Of a DNA stretch of 64,000 nt, positions 1 to 11,637 are shown piece by piece; the first letter of the stretch is position 1; each line of letters begins with the position of its first letter. The stretch covers positions 12,961,923 to 13,025,922 of the forward strand of contig CM119263.1 of the NCBI GenBank assembly GCA_051294375.1. The letters run 5' to 3'. This DNA comes from Paraspadella gotoi. Lineage: Eukaryota > Animalia > Chaetognatha. The position numbers and the translations under genes were made by a program. The notes under the pieces were generated by a model, which did not search any database, was not told the origin of the DNA, and saw nothing but the letters and a program-made list of their open reading frames with translations.

Positions 1-179
1 CGCAAAGAAGAACAATTTCCATAGTAATGGCTGCGTTTTCGAATGTCACTTCACGCTCTGACGAGTCCTTCCTGCGTCCTTATCTTCATATTCCGGGTTA
101 TTTGAACAGCCCAGTTGAACAAAAATACGTTCCTACAGAAATGTTTCCTTTAATAAATTGTTAAAATTTTTGAATGAGG

Positions 180-180
<1 letters not shown>

Positions 181-216
<36 letters not shown>
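181..216. repeat. (TAA)n microsatellite running into an N gap
   Basis: Perfect TAA array directly before the gap at 217-460. Confidence 0.95.
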
Positions 217-1844
217 NNNNNNNNNNNNNNNNNNNNNNNNNNNNNNNNNNNNNNNNNNNNNNNNNNNNNNNNNNNNNNNNNNNNNNNNNNNNNNNNNNNN
301 NNNNNNNNNNNNNNNNNNNNNNNNNNNNNNNNNNNNNNNNNNNNNNNNNNNNNNNNNNNNNNNNNNNNNNNNNNNNNNNNNNNNNNNNNNNNNNNNNNNN
401 NNNNNNNNNNNNNNNNNNNNNNNNNNNNNNNNNNNNNNNNNNNNNNNNNNNNNNNNNNNNATAACCTATAAGATTTATAGCACAAGTAACGCTGTCGGTT
501 CTTTAAATGTCTCGTTTGATATTCAGTTATCAACCCACGTCCCTCTTCCCTTCGAAGACCATAATTCACTTCCTTCCCCACCTCTCGATCTCCNNNNNNN
601 NNNNNNNNNNNNNNNNNNNNNNNNNNNNNNNNNNNNNNNNNNNNNNNNNNNNNNNNNNNNNNNNNNNNNNNNNNNNNNNNNNNNNNNNNNNNNNNNNNNN
701 NNNNNNNNNNNNNNNNNNNNNNNNNNNNNNNNNNNNNNNNNNNNNNNNNNNNNNNNNNNNNNNNNNNNNNNNNNNNNNNNNNNNNNNNNNNNNNNNNNNN
801 NNNNNNNNNNNNNNNNNNNNNNNNNNNNNNNNNNNNNNNNNACCAACTCGTTTTAGAGAAGTTCGAAGGGAAACTGATTTCTACCTAAAAAAATAGACCA
901 AGCGGCCGCTCGCCATATATTAGTGTTTATAACTTTTTCTTAAAATATATCTGGACGTTAGTTCGTCAAAAATAACGTTCTTAGAATCACAACGACAATG
1001 TTAGTGACATAAACTATATCTATACTATACTATACTACAGTACTACTACTATACAATTTTNNNNNNNNNNNNNNNNNNNNNNNNNNNNNNNNNNNNNNNN
1101 NNNNNNNNNNNNNNNNNNNNNNNNNNNNNNNNNNNNNNNNNNNNNNNNNNNNNNNNNNNNNNNNNNNNNNNNNNNNNNNNNNNNNNNNNNNNNNNNNNNN
1201 NAGAGAGAGAGAGATAACAAATGGGGTCTAGGGAGGCAATTTGCTGGCGGACATTTTGTTGGGATTTGGCCGCTGCTTCGGCTTTTTTGGCTTCTAAACG
1301 GCCAAGGTAACAACGAGGCATCAAAACCCTAATGGCACCATCAATGAGAGATGGCGTCTAAATGGAAACAGGGAAATTGGCCAATGCAGTTAAATAGGAG
1401 CAGAGCGTCTGAACTACCCATGCTTTCAAAGACGTTCCTCTTCCGGGAAAATGTGAGAAACGTAACAAATGCTTTGCGATCTTTGTACGTACATTTCCCT
1501 GAAATGATTTCTAGCAGGACGTATCCCGATTCAAGAATCTTCCTTCAATCAAGTGTTATTCCGAGTACAGTTCAACAGTGGTCCTTCGATAGAACCCTTT
1601 ACGCCGACAACGATGAGGACAACGATAACAACTACAAGACAAACGCGTGGTGGTAACGAGGGTGCAAATGGCCGGGGGGCTTGGTCGAGACCAAGGTCGA
1701 TGAGTAAATTAAGTCTGGAGCCAAGAGGGGCAGTCGAATTTGGCAGAAGTTTCGAACTGAGATGTAAATCGCATTTCGAGACAAAACAACTTTGAAATTG
1801 TAATGCATGAATTTTTAAGCTTATAATTCGACAAAAAGATTTGA

Positions 1845-2010
1845 AATCATCGCTTAGGAGCTTTCACATGGTAGAAGGGTCGTTCTTTATCGTCTGGTCT
1901 TGTCGATCAGTTCCATGTAATCTCAATCGCGCAGGACCTCGTCTCCTGGGCATTTCAGTCGCCACCCCTTATTTTCATGAGCTTCGGCCGCCGCTATCCC
2001 CGAAAGACCA
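1845..2010 (+). pseudogene. Possible degenerate protein kinase (TKL/Tyr kinase subdomain V-VIb) fragment
   Basis: One frame reads LVDQFHVISIAQDLVSWAFQ (1899-1958). After a frameshift it reads ATPYFHELRPPL, and upstream segments read MVEGS and LYRL. This resembles EFMxxGSLYxLL...DLxSWAxQIAxGMxYLHxxxPPIIHRD. It needs several frameshifts and lacks GM and an intact HRD. Confidence 0.3.
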
Positions 2011-2648
2011 GGATGTAATGGACCTCAGGCGGCGCCGGCCCGGATGCAATGGACCTCAGTCGCAATGGGCGCGGTCGTCAAGGACGAGACCTTTTCGCCG
2101 ATTATTCTCTGGCGAACAAAAAAAAAAAAGTTTGGAATCTCTCGGAAAATAAATTCGGAGGAACAGGTTGAAACCTTTTGCTAACACAATGCAACACATG
2201 CATGGCTAAAAATTTCTAATTCTCAGGTCGCAAGTCTTGAAATATTTCATAAATTTTACTTACAATACAAAGATTACGTACAATTTACTTACAATACATG
2301 TCATATTTGCATATGTGTTAATTACTGCTGGAAAACTTTCGAAAAAATCAATATGTTGCGAACAGAAACAAACAGACAAAGACAAACCAAAAAAAATTGT
2401 TGCTCTTTGTAAAGGTATAATAACAGCCCTAAAAAAACCCAAATATCCAAGTTTATCCATGTTCGATTGTCCGTCCATAAAAAGAAGAGTTAGTAGAACA
2501 AACCGGTAGTAATCTTAGGGTCCAACTTTTCTCGGAGCGACCGGTCCATTGGCATTTCGGTCACTTCCCTTCCGGGCCGTTGCTCAGCTTATCGATTCCT
2601 CAGGATCCCGCTCTCAAAACACTCAGTCACTGAGGACGCTTCAATAGT

Positions 2649-2715
<67 letters not shown>
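2649..2715. repeat. (CTTT)n microsatellite
   Basis: Direct inspection. Confidence 0.95.
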
Positions 2716-2716
<1 letters not shown>

Positions 2717-3331
2717 TTTTTTCCTTCATTTTCCTTTCCTTTTTTCTCCTTTTTCCTCCTTTCTCTTTTCGACATGAATCTGGCTTCGAGCGTCGAAAAA
2801 TGGGGCGTTCCATCCCGACATCGAACCTTTGGAATTATTGGCTTTTTTCTTCTTCTCAGCCGTCGACCCTCCCCCACGCGCCCCTTCAAAAAAAAAAAAA
2901 AAAAAAGTTCCTGTCGGAAGCCACAAAGGGGTGGGCTTAGGAAGGCGCGGGTTTAAAAAAGGGAGAGGGATGCGGAAGGGGCGTTGAGTCGAAGGGGGCA
3001 GGGGCGTTAGAAGGGCGGTTTGGCGTTTCGAGCTCCCAACGCGCGGCGCAATTGGCGTCAGCGGCGCCATTGGTTTCTCTAGCGCAATTGGTACCAACGC
3101 CACATTCGGGTCGCGGGGTCAGGGTTGGAATGAAAGCGTTATTGGTGGCGGAGAATCATAAGCGGGTCGTTAGTTCAATAACGGGAGGAGGGAAGGAAAG
3201 GGGGCGCTGGGAGGCAGGGCGTGGTTTGAGGTTTGAGGAAAGAGGAAGAGATTGGAGGGGCGTGGTTTGATAGAAGAGACAAAGATGCGAAATAGAACGA
3301 GATGGAGAAAGCGATGGAGAGGGAGAGGGAC

Positions 3332-3483
<152 letters not shown>

Positions 3484-3744
3484 AGAAAGAGACTGAGAGA
3501 AAGAAAAAGAACTCGATACTCATTTATCTCGTTACCAAAGTATAATTAGTATTATAAATGTACCACTCAGTTCTATGAAATGTAGGTACAAATTATAAAT
3601 TGCAATTATAAACGGACGACAGAACATTTTCGTCTGCTTTAAAAAATACAACACGAATGAAGTCGCGATCCTCGTTGTTGTTTTTGTGCAACCAACGTTC
3701 GTCACGGTTGTCGTCATTGTAGAAATTTTCGTCATTGTCGTCCT

Positions 3745-4138
3745 TGTTCAAGGGATGTTCATCATTATCACTGTCATTCATGGGATCTTCATCATTATTA
3801 CTGTCATTCAAGGGATCTTCATCTATTATTTAAGGACTGTCATTCAAGGATCTTCATCATTATCACTGTCATTCAAGGATCTTCATTATTATCACTGTCA
3901 ATTCAAGCGATCTTCATCATTATCACTGTCATTCAAGCGATCTTCATCATTATCACTGTCATTCAAGCAATCTTCATCATTGTCACTGTCATTCGGGCGA
4001 TCTTCATCAATATCACTGTCATTCAAGCGATCCTCATCATTATCAGTCATTCAAGCGATNNNNNNNNNNNNNNNNNNNGTCATTCAAGCGATCTTCATCA
4101 TTATCACTGTCATTCAAGGGATCGTCATCATAATCACG
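3745..4138. repeat. 30-bp minisatellite (GTCATTCAAGCGATCTTCATCATTATCACT), about 12 visible units, interrupted by an N gap
   Basis: Head-to-tail units with no spacers. Outer units are more diverged. The minus strand translates as SDNDEDRLND repeats. Confidence 0.93.
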
Positions 4139-4439
4139 TCGTTCGTCGTGCTTGGTTATCGTCCTCGCTTCGTTGGCGACGAGTGCGACATTGCCGCTCG
4201 TAGTTCTGCTATCAACTCTGAAAGGCCATTAGCGGAAATTCAAAAACAGTGCCGCGAGCGCCAGGGAAAGACGTAACTGTCAATGGCGACAGTGAAAACG
4301 AGAAAAAATCACATTTTAGTACAAAGTAGATACTCTTGATATGAAGCGCTCGAATCGACAGAGAATTGGAATTCAAGAAAAAAACAAAAAAACTGAAAGA
4401 TAGAAATGAGGAAAGACGAATAAAAAAAAAAAAAAAAAT

Positions 4440-4448
4440 AATAATAAT

Positions 4449-4491
<43 letters not shown>

Positions 4492-4565
4492 TAATAATAA
4501 TAATAATAATAAATATAATAATAATAAATTATAATAATATTATTATTATTATTATTAATATTAAT
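4440..4565. repeat. (AAT)n/(ATT)n imperfect microsatellite
   Basis: Direct inspection. Confidence 0.9.
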
Positions 4566-6192
4566 AAAGGAAAATAAAAAAAAGGAAAAATATAAGGAAA
4601 TAAGAAAAAAGGAAGAAATTGCGAGTCTTCCGGAAGAAAAAGGCAGAGTCATTTGCGAGATGCATTTTTTTTTATGATAAATGATCGTCTAAGTTGGCAG
4701 TGTCAACGCCAGTCCCCGGCGTCGCGAGCCGATCCAACTGTCTCATTTGAATACGACGCTGGATCCACCATCTCCAAAGAAGACGCCGCGACATTGGCTA
4801 AAAAAAATATCTGAATCTTTTGAATAAAAATTCGACTGTGAATTGGGAAGACAATGGGAGACCGCTAAGAGCCGATGACGACAATTTAAGCGCTGATTGT
4901 CAAAATGTGTACCTTATCAAAATACAATACTGCTTAAAAGGGAAATCGGTAGGTGCTAGCTAAAACGCTGGAATATCTTTTTTTTTCAACCCCAAAACTC
5001 TCATAAACATTGATTGATTGATTTGAATGCAGAGCAAGGCGGCTAAATTGAACCTAACCTTAAAAGAAGAATCTTATTTTTCTTCTCTCGCCCTTCTTTT
5101 TCATTGTAAAAAACAAAGTCCTAATACTAAAAGAAATATTCCTTTTTCTTGTATTTCATGGTCATTTGGTTTTCTCACTTGTCCTCGTCATTGTCGTCGT
5201 CGTCGATGTCTCGTCATCATCGTCGTCGTCGTCCTCGTTCTTGCGCAAAGATTCTTGAGGTAAGACGGGTGGGTGTGGCTCCAGAGACTCATTACGCCGC
5301 GATTCGAGCCAAGTATTTCGCCATCGAGTGCGTCTGGCCTGTTCGCGCTGGGGCGGAATCGCGCCGCGTCCCAAGGTTCAATGAAGCAATCTCGCGACGC
5401 ATTATCTGGGTATTATATATGCGATAATGTAATATTAGTTTATGTTACGTTATGTATGTATATACTATATAATCTTCATTTAATTTGATAATGATATATA
5501 TCCGCAAATAAAGGCCCGCTACGATAGGAAGTAACGTCCCGCAACGACGCTATCTCAACCGCCGTCTTTCCATCGAATGTTTGAATGTCACTTGTTAAGC
5601 TCTCCACTCCAGTCCACTCCAGTCCCCATATCTATATCGTTTGCGTTACGATATAAATTCTTTCTCGGGTTAACGCTTTCATCTTCAGAGTTAGAAATTC
5701 CGGTTTTACGACGAGATTCGGCCTCGTCGCCCGTTACCGGCGACACCCGGCCTGCGCCTGCCGCCGCCGAACGCCGAACGCCACAAAAATTTATGGTTTC
5801 ACTCTGAGTTTGTGGAGAAAAGCCGAGTTCACAGCCGCTGCGTTACGTTCCGTTACGCGGCGTAACGCGGCCATGCTTCCCGACTCTTTTGGGTTTCGTT
5901 TTCCAGATTTTAAAACGCGTCTTCAGCTGTGACTCTATAAGATACTTCTCTGTATGTCTGTCTTTCTGGCCGTCTGACGGTTGATCGACAAAACATTAAA
6001 TAAAGTAAAATAAGTAAGGGAAATTCGTCATAAAAAAAGGAACGCGAGTCAAAATTATTCGTTTTTGGAAATCCATTGAAAAAACAAAAAAATCCAAACA
6101 AAAACCAAACAAACATATCTTTGATTCTGACGTAAATATGTTGTCGGGCATTGCATAAGTTCACCCCGCCTATAAGAATGACACTTTCGGTA

Positions 6193-6410
6193 GTCTCCCG
6201 GTGGCTCATTGAGTAAAGCCATCATCAGCTGGGTTCGATCCAAACCCCGTACCTACCCTGCGGGAAGCGTGAGGCCGGACGTAAACCGCCTTACGGGGGT
6301 GGAAAACCCTCAAGCCTTGTTCCAAGCCCAGGACCCGATCTATGACTGCGAGAGTTGCGGATTGCACTCTTCAGCCCACTAAGCGCCTTATCCACAAATA
6401 CAACGAGAAG
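6193..6410 (+). mobile_element. tRNA-derived SINE-like element
   Basis: A-box-like TGGCTCATTGAG (6202-6213) and B box GGTTCGATCC (6232-6241) are followed by a GC-richer body in AT-rich flanks. There is no acceptor stem, so it is not a tRNA. The 3' end is approximate. Confidence 0.6.
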
Positions 6411-6917
6411 TAAGTAAAGAGGTGAGCAGGAGGATCAGGGGGACGTGGAGATGGAAGACCGTGCGCCGCCGGGAATACGCGAAATAAATGACCATTGATA
6501 ACATTGTAATAACGATTCGCGAAACGAACATTTAAATAAGAAAAGCATAATTAAAATAAAATTACGCATCTGTAAAAAAAAAAAAATCAGAAACAAAAAA
6601 GATACGTGGGCGCGAAAAAAAAAGGTAATTATTTTACCACCTAGATTAGATAAAAGGTATTAATAAAAAATATTAATATCTCATTTACAAAGAACAAGAA
6701 AAAAATGCGTGGCTCGCGAATTGCGTCGATCGTCGTCAGCGGCGTCGATGGTATCGACGGCGTCATTGCCAGATGGCGCCATTTTTATTTTCTGGATGTA
6801 TTCGGCACTGATGTGGGCGTTTATTGACAATCTCTGCTTCTGGGAAATCAGGAGACACCAATGGATTTCCTCTTAAGAAGTTTTTTTCATTTTTTTAATA
6901 CATATACAGTGACTTAC

Positions 6918-7159
6918 TGATTAAGGTTATGTATGCTTGTCACCTCCATAGCAGCCAACTGGTCATCACTGTAAAAGGTAATCACTCTTAAGGCGATACA
7001 TTTTCACAGCTCATCTCTCTGTCGTCAGCCTCTCTTGGTTCATTCAAACACCAGTCACTCTTGGGGCAATCCCGCTGCTGCACTTTGAGGACATCAACTG
7101 TACTTCTGTTCGAAATAGATTCTGTAATTGGATTTGAAAATAATTTAACGAGGAAGATC
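6918..7159 (-). other. Candidate spliced exon, product unknown
   Basis: Minus strand has acceptor TTTTTTTTATAG| and donor TCA|GTAAGT. One frame is open for about 56 codons (IFLVKLFSNP...EMSCENVSP) and then stops. No family recognised. Confidence 0.25.
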
Positions 7160-7957
7160 CTATAAAAAAAACAATTGATTAGACGATATTTAATGTAAAG
7201 AATAGAATAACGAAATGTCAGACATTGGATTTATCAATTATCAGTGTCGATGAAACTGACTATAGTGAATAAAGTGACTTCGACGACAGAAATATTAAAA
7301 AAGATAAAACAATTTTCGCTTAAAATAAAAGGGCGATGATGAGATAATGATCATTGCCAACAATGTAAACGAAAAAGTTAGAAGTAGGAAAAACAACGAT
7401 GAAAGAGACGACGACAACGACAACGACAAAAAAAAAAAAAAAAAAATTCAGGGACCGGTTCAATGCCAACACAATCTCTTCAGTAACATTCTCCTAACGT
7501 TCTCTTCAGTAACATTGTCTTAACTAACATTAATGAAAGAAAAGCATTTTCTCACTAAGACGACGAAGAAGACGACGACAACGACTAATACAGCCAACGA
7601 GCACGTTCTTTATGTATTTTTTTTCATCCTCTCAAGGAAGAAAAAAACAAGAACGGTTCTAAGCTTGCTGTTTGTCATTACCATGTGATCTCCATGCCAT
7701 TTCCATGCTATTTCCATGTGATTTTCAAACTAATCCCCCTGTCGCCGTTCTGCGCCGCTTTTTTTTTTCAGAGGGATCATCTTTTCTGTTTTTCGTCTTT
7801 GCCAAAAACTTGTCTCCCGTTTTTTTCTCTTTTTTCCTCCGGTCATAAACTGTGACTTAGAGGGCGCTTCAACAAAGGCGGATGCCGCGGTTTCCCGTTA
7901 ATTTCTGCTCAAGAACTCAAGTACAAGAATACAGAAAGAGTGTCTAAAATAAAAGAA

Positions 7958-7990
<33 letters not shown>

Positions 7991-8369
7991 AAAAGAAAAA
8001 AGAGCTCGGTGTTTTAAAGCAGATACGTTTCTTATTTATTTTTATTTTGTTAATTTAAATCGGAAAAAAAATTCAGAAGTTAACCTCGAATGAAATCAAA
8101 CTTAGACAAGGACTGCCCTTGTGCAAATGAGATCATCAAGGGCTGAAGAAGTGTTTTCTGTGGCATGGCAATAGCAATAAAATATCACTCCGATAATCAT
8201 TTGCCATAGGAGGGGGCCAGAGGCAATTTTTCTCTCCGTCACCAGGCGTCATCGATGATAATGAGTTCGATTCCATCCGGGATCAAGGTATTCTCCTTCC
8301 CCGATAAAAGAAGAAGAAGAAACGTTGGAACCAGAAATAACCATCATCTTCCACATTAATATTCAAGAC

Positions 8370-8489
<120 letters not shown>

Positions 8490-9139
8490 CTCTTTCTTCA
8501 TTTTATTCCCTCTTTCTGTTCTTAGATTGAAAATTTGGCAGATAGAAAAGTCATTGCAAGTAACTTTCGGTAACTTTGAGAACTTTTAATTTGAATTTGT
8601 AAAAGGCTTTTTGAGAAGAAAAATGTGTTGGGTCTTCTTTGTCTTGTATTACAAGTTGTAAGTAATAACGAAATTGCTTGTTTTTCGTCGAACAATTTCT
8701 TGCAAAGTACGGTTCAAGATAATATTTTTTAAATGATTTTTCAAACCTTTATTTCAACATAGTCATATTTTAAGTTTAGGACAGAAAAGTTTAAGTAAAA
8801 TCGACAAATACAAAGAGGAAAAGCGAGTGAGACCTTGAAAAAAATTAACTTGAACCTCGGGAATAAGATGCAGCGAAGTGTTGCCAGTTTGGTAAAAAAA
8901 AGGTTTTAAATGTGTTTGTTGAAAATTCGTTTGTAAGAACCTTTTCGGTTGGAGTCACAGAGAATATTTTTTCGTTCCATGCAATAAAAATGCATCCATA
9001 AATAAGCGAAAAATATTTTCACGACTGCAGTATACTGTTTTTAAGATTGGCTTTAACCCAACCCTACCCTACCCTAGTTCATTTAAACCATCTCCCCCAA
9101 TTTTCTCCACGTGCACACTCTCACCCTGAAACCAATCGC

Positions 9140-9290
9140 CGAGGAAGTGCCGATGAAAGAAGCGTCATCTACCGGATGTGCCCATTAGCAGATGGCGCGC
9201 GCTCTATCCCTGCTACTTCCGGTTTTGGGCGTGACATAATAACAAAAAAATATCGAAAACAAACTGATTGAATGGCGACCAAATATAAAA
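9140..9290. promoter_or_regulatory. CpG-rich promoter-like motif cluster (ETS, YY1/CTCF-like)
   Basis: GAGGAAGTG, ACCGGATGTG, TAGCAGATGGCGC, ACTTCCGG and AATGGCG occur within 150 bp. Confidence 0.3.
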
Positions 9291-10360
9291 CCAAATATAA
9301 AACCAAATATAAAACCTAAATACCGTTTAGAAATGTTTTATATCTCATCCAGATGGTACCGTTTTTTTTTTTGTGATCTCGCTGTAAATCCCAGTCTTAG
9401 AATCTTATAAGGTCAAATGAAAAATGTCTGTCAAGTTGCTATATCATTGAATTGCAAACATTTCTAAATTCGATGAAAAATGTTTTGTTTTCCAACGAGT
9501 TTTATCTCTTGACAAAAAATTTTGATCCGAAAAAAAAACACAAATTTTATTTTGACATGATTCTACGTGGAGGTTGAGTTTAAAAATATAAAGGAAGAAA
9601 GAAACTATATAAAAAAAAGAGGAAAAGACAGAGAGCAGAAAGCAGAAAAGATGAATGGAAAACAAAAGAAGGTAAGAGAAAGATAATGTGATGAAAAGGG
9701 AAGTGAGGAAGCGAAGAAGGATGGAAAGGCGGGGAGGCGGAAAACTCTGGGTCTTCCTCCGCCTCGAACCTTGGAGCCGAATTGACGGCCTTTCATCGCC
9801 GCCTTCAAATCTCTGAGGCACCTTCACAGGGACGCAGTTCACGTGATTGGATCAAACCGTCGCAATCTTTGATGGCGTTTAGGACGCCAGACGGGATGGG
9901 AGGAGCGGGGGAGAGAAGAGCGGAAGAAAAGAGAGAGAAAGGAAATGAACGAAAGATAGAAAGTGGAAGAGAAAGACAGAAAACAAAAAGACGAGAGTGA
10001 GAAAAAGACAGAGAAATTCGAATCACGAGTTTCTCCGGAGTTTTTTTTCTTGTGCTTTTAACGCTTCGATTTTTTTTTGTTTTTTTTTTAAGTGAGAATA
10101 AAAAGAAAAGATTTGGCAAAAAAAAATATAGGTGAAGAAAGGTTGTGAATTGACGAGACCCGGCGATTGCTAACAAAAGTGTAGAGAGAGAAACAGATGT
10201 CTACACTTCCGATTTTTTTTTCGACGCGATTTTATAGAATTTCTGGGAGCCTCATCGATTTTTTTCCTTCAAAACGAAAGAGAAAAAAAAAAGGGAAAAA
10301 AAAATCTTTATTTTTATTCTTATTTTTTTCTCTGAATTTATTTTGATTTCGCTCCTCCGC

Positions 10361-10424
10361 GATTTTCGTCGTTGGCAGATTTTCGTCGTTGGCAGATTTT
10401 CGTCGTTGGCAGATTCTCGTCAGA
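10361..10424. repeat. 17-bp tandem repeat (GATTTTCGTCGTTGGCA) x3.5
   Basis: Three perfect units plus a partial unit. Confidence 0.9.
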
Positions 10425-10985
10425 TAAACCATTACGGATGACGTGAGAGTTTTCGACGTCGGTAAAAAATTGTGAGAAAAAAAAATACTTCAAAGTATCA
10501 ACGCGTCTCTTTTTCAAGATGCGTGTTTTGATTAACATCGTCAAAGACCAAATTGGTCTTCAGCACTTCATTTTCTCGGTGCGTCAAAACCTTAATATTT
10601 TTTTTTTCTTTAATCCTATTAAGACAATGAAAATTTATGTTATTTCTATTCTATTCTATTCTATTCTATTCTATTCTATTCTAATTTTTATATTGGTTGT
10701 ACCGATTTCATTCAATTATTCTCCTCCTCCATTTTGTCAAAAAAAAAAAATTCCCCTAAGTTTTTCCCTGATTAAAAATCGGGATCGTTAAGTTTCCCCC
10801 TTAATCACGCCCCCCCCTGTCACACCGCTTACCGCTCTCTATTTCGTCTGCTTATGTCCATCCATTTTTCCCTCATTCCTCGTCTCTCACAGAAATGGCC
10901 GAATTCTCGAATGAAAAGGATCGAGGCTTTCTTCTAATCAAAAGCATCAAATGTCTCCGGCGATTCATGATGGATTCATCCACCG

Positions 10986-11107
<122 letters not shown>

Positions 11108-11637
11108 CGCGCAATCCATTGCATTGGCGCCTTAGATTCATGAGCACGCTGACTTTCCTCGCTTTGCAACCTTTGTCGCGCGGTCGGGATTTAGTTGGGT
11201 GGGCGCTGAAAATACGTAGTGGGGTTTGTAGACCCCGAGGGATCGCCCTTTCAAACTGTTTACCGAGGGAAGATTAGACAGTGGGAGTATACATTAGGAT
11301 ATTCCCTAGGCTGCGAAAAAAAATGTATTTAAATATTCTATATCGTTGAGTGAGTAGACATTTAGTGAAATTGTATAAATATATATAATTTTATGTATCA
11401 TCAATTGCACTGTACATCATGAGAAGCAACGCATATTTATGGGAAAACGTTGGCTTTATCCACGTTAGGGTTAAAAACTCTTTGTGAAATTTTGGACTGA
11501 AAAAATTCTGGTTGCATTGTTCCGATAAAAATGCGCGGGCGCGTGGTTTTTGGATGTGGAATTTTATAGAATAATTCGACGTGGTAGTGAAATGGGGAAA
11601 GTCTCGCACGAATAACCGGGTGAAATGGATTGTGCAT

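Noticed and set aside
150-1324. Long ORFs in the track spanning X residues (also 27743-28295 and 43898-44277)
   Set aside because: They are open only because N gaps contain no stop codons.
3745-4138. CRISPR-like 30-bp repeats
   Set aside because: Units are contiguous with no unique spacers, there are no cas genes, and the context is eukaryotic.
6244-6300. Hammerhead ribozyme or retrozyme
   Set aside because: A three-way fold is possible, but the CUGANGA and GAAA core motifs are absent.
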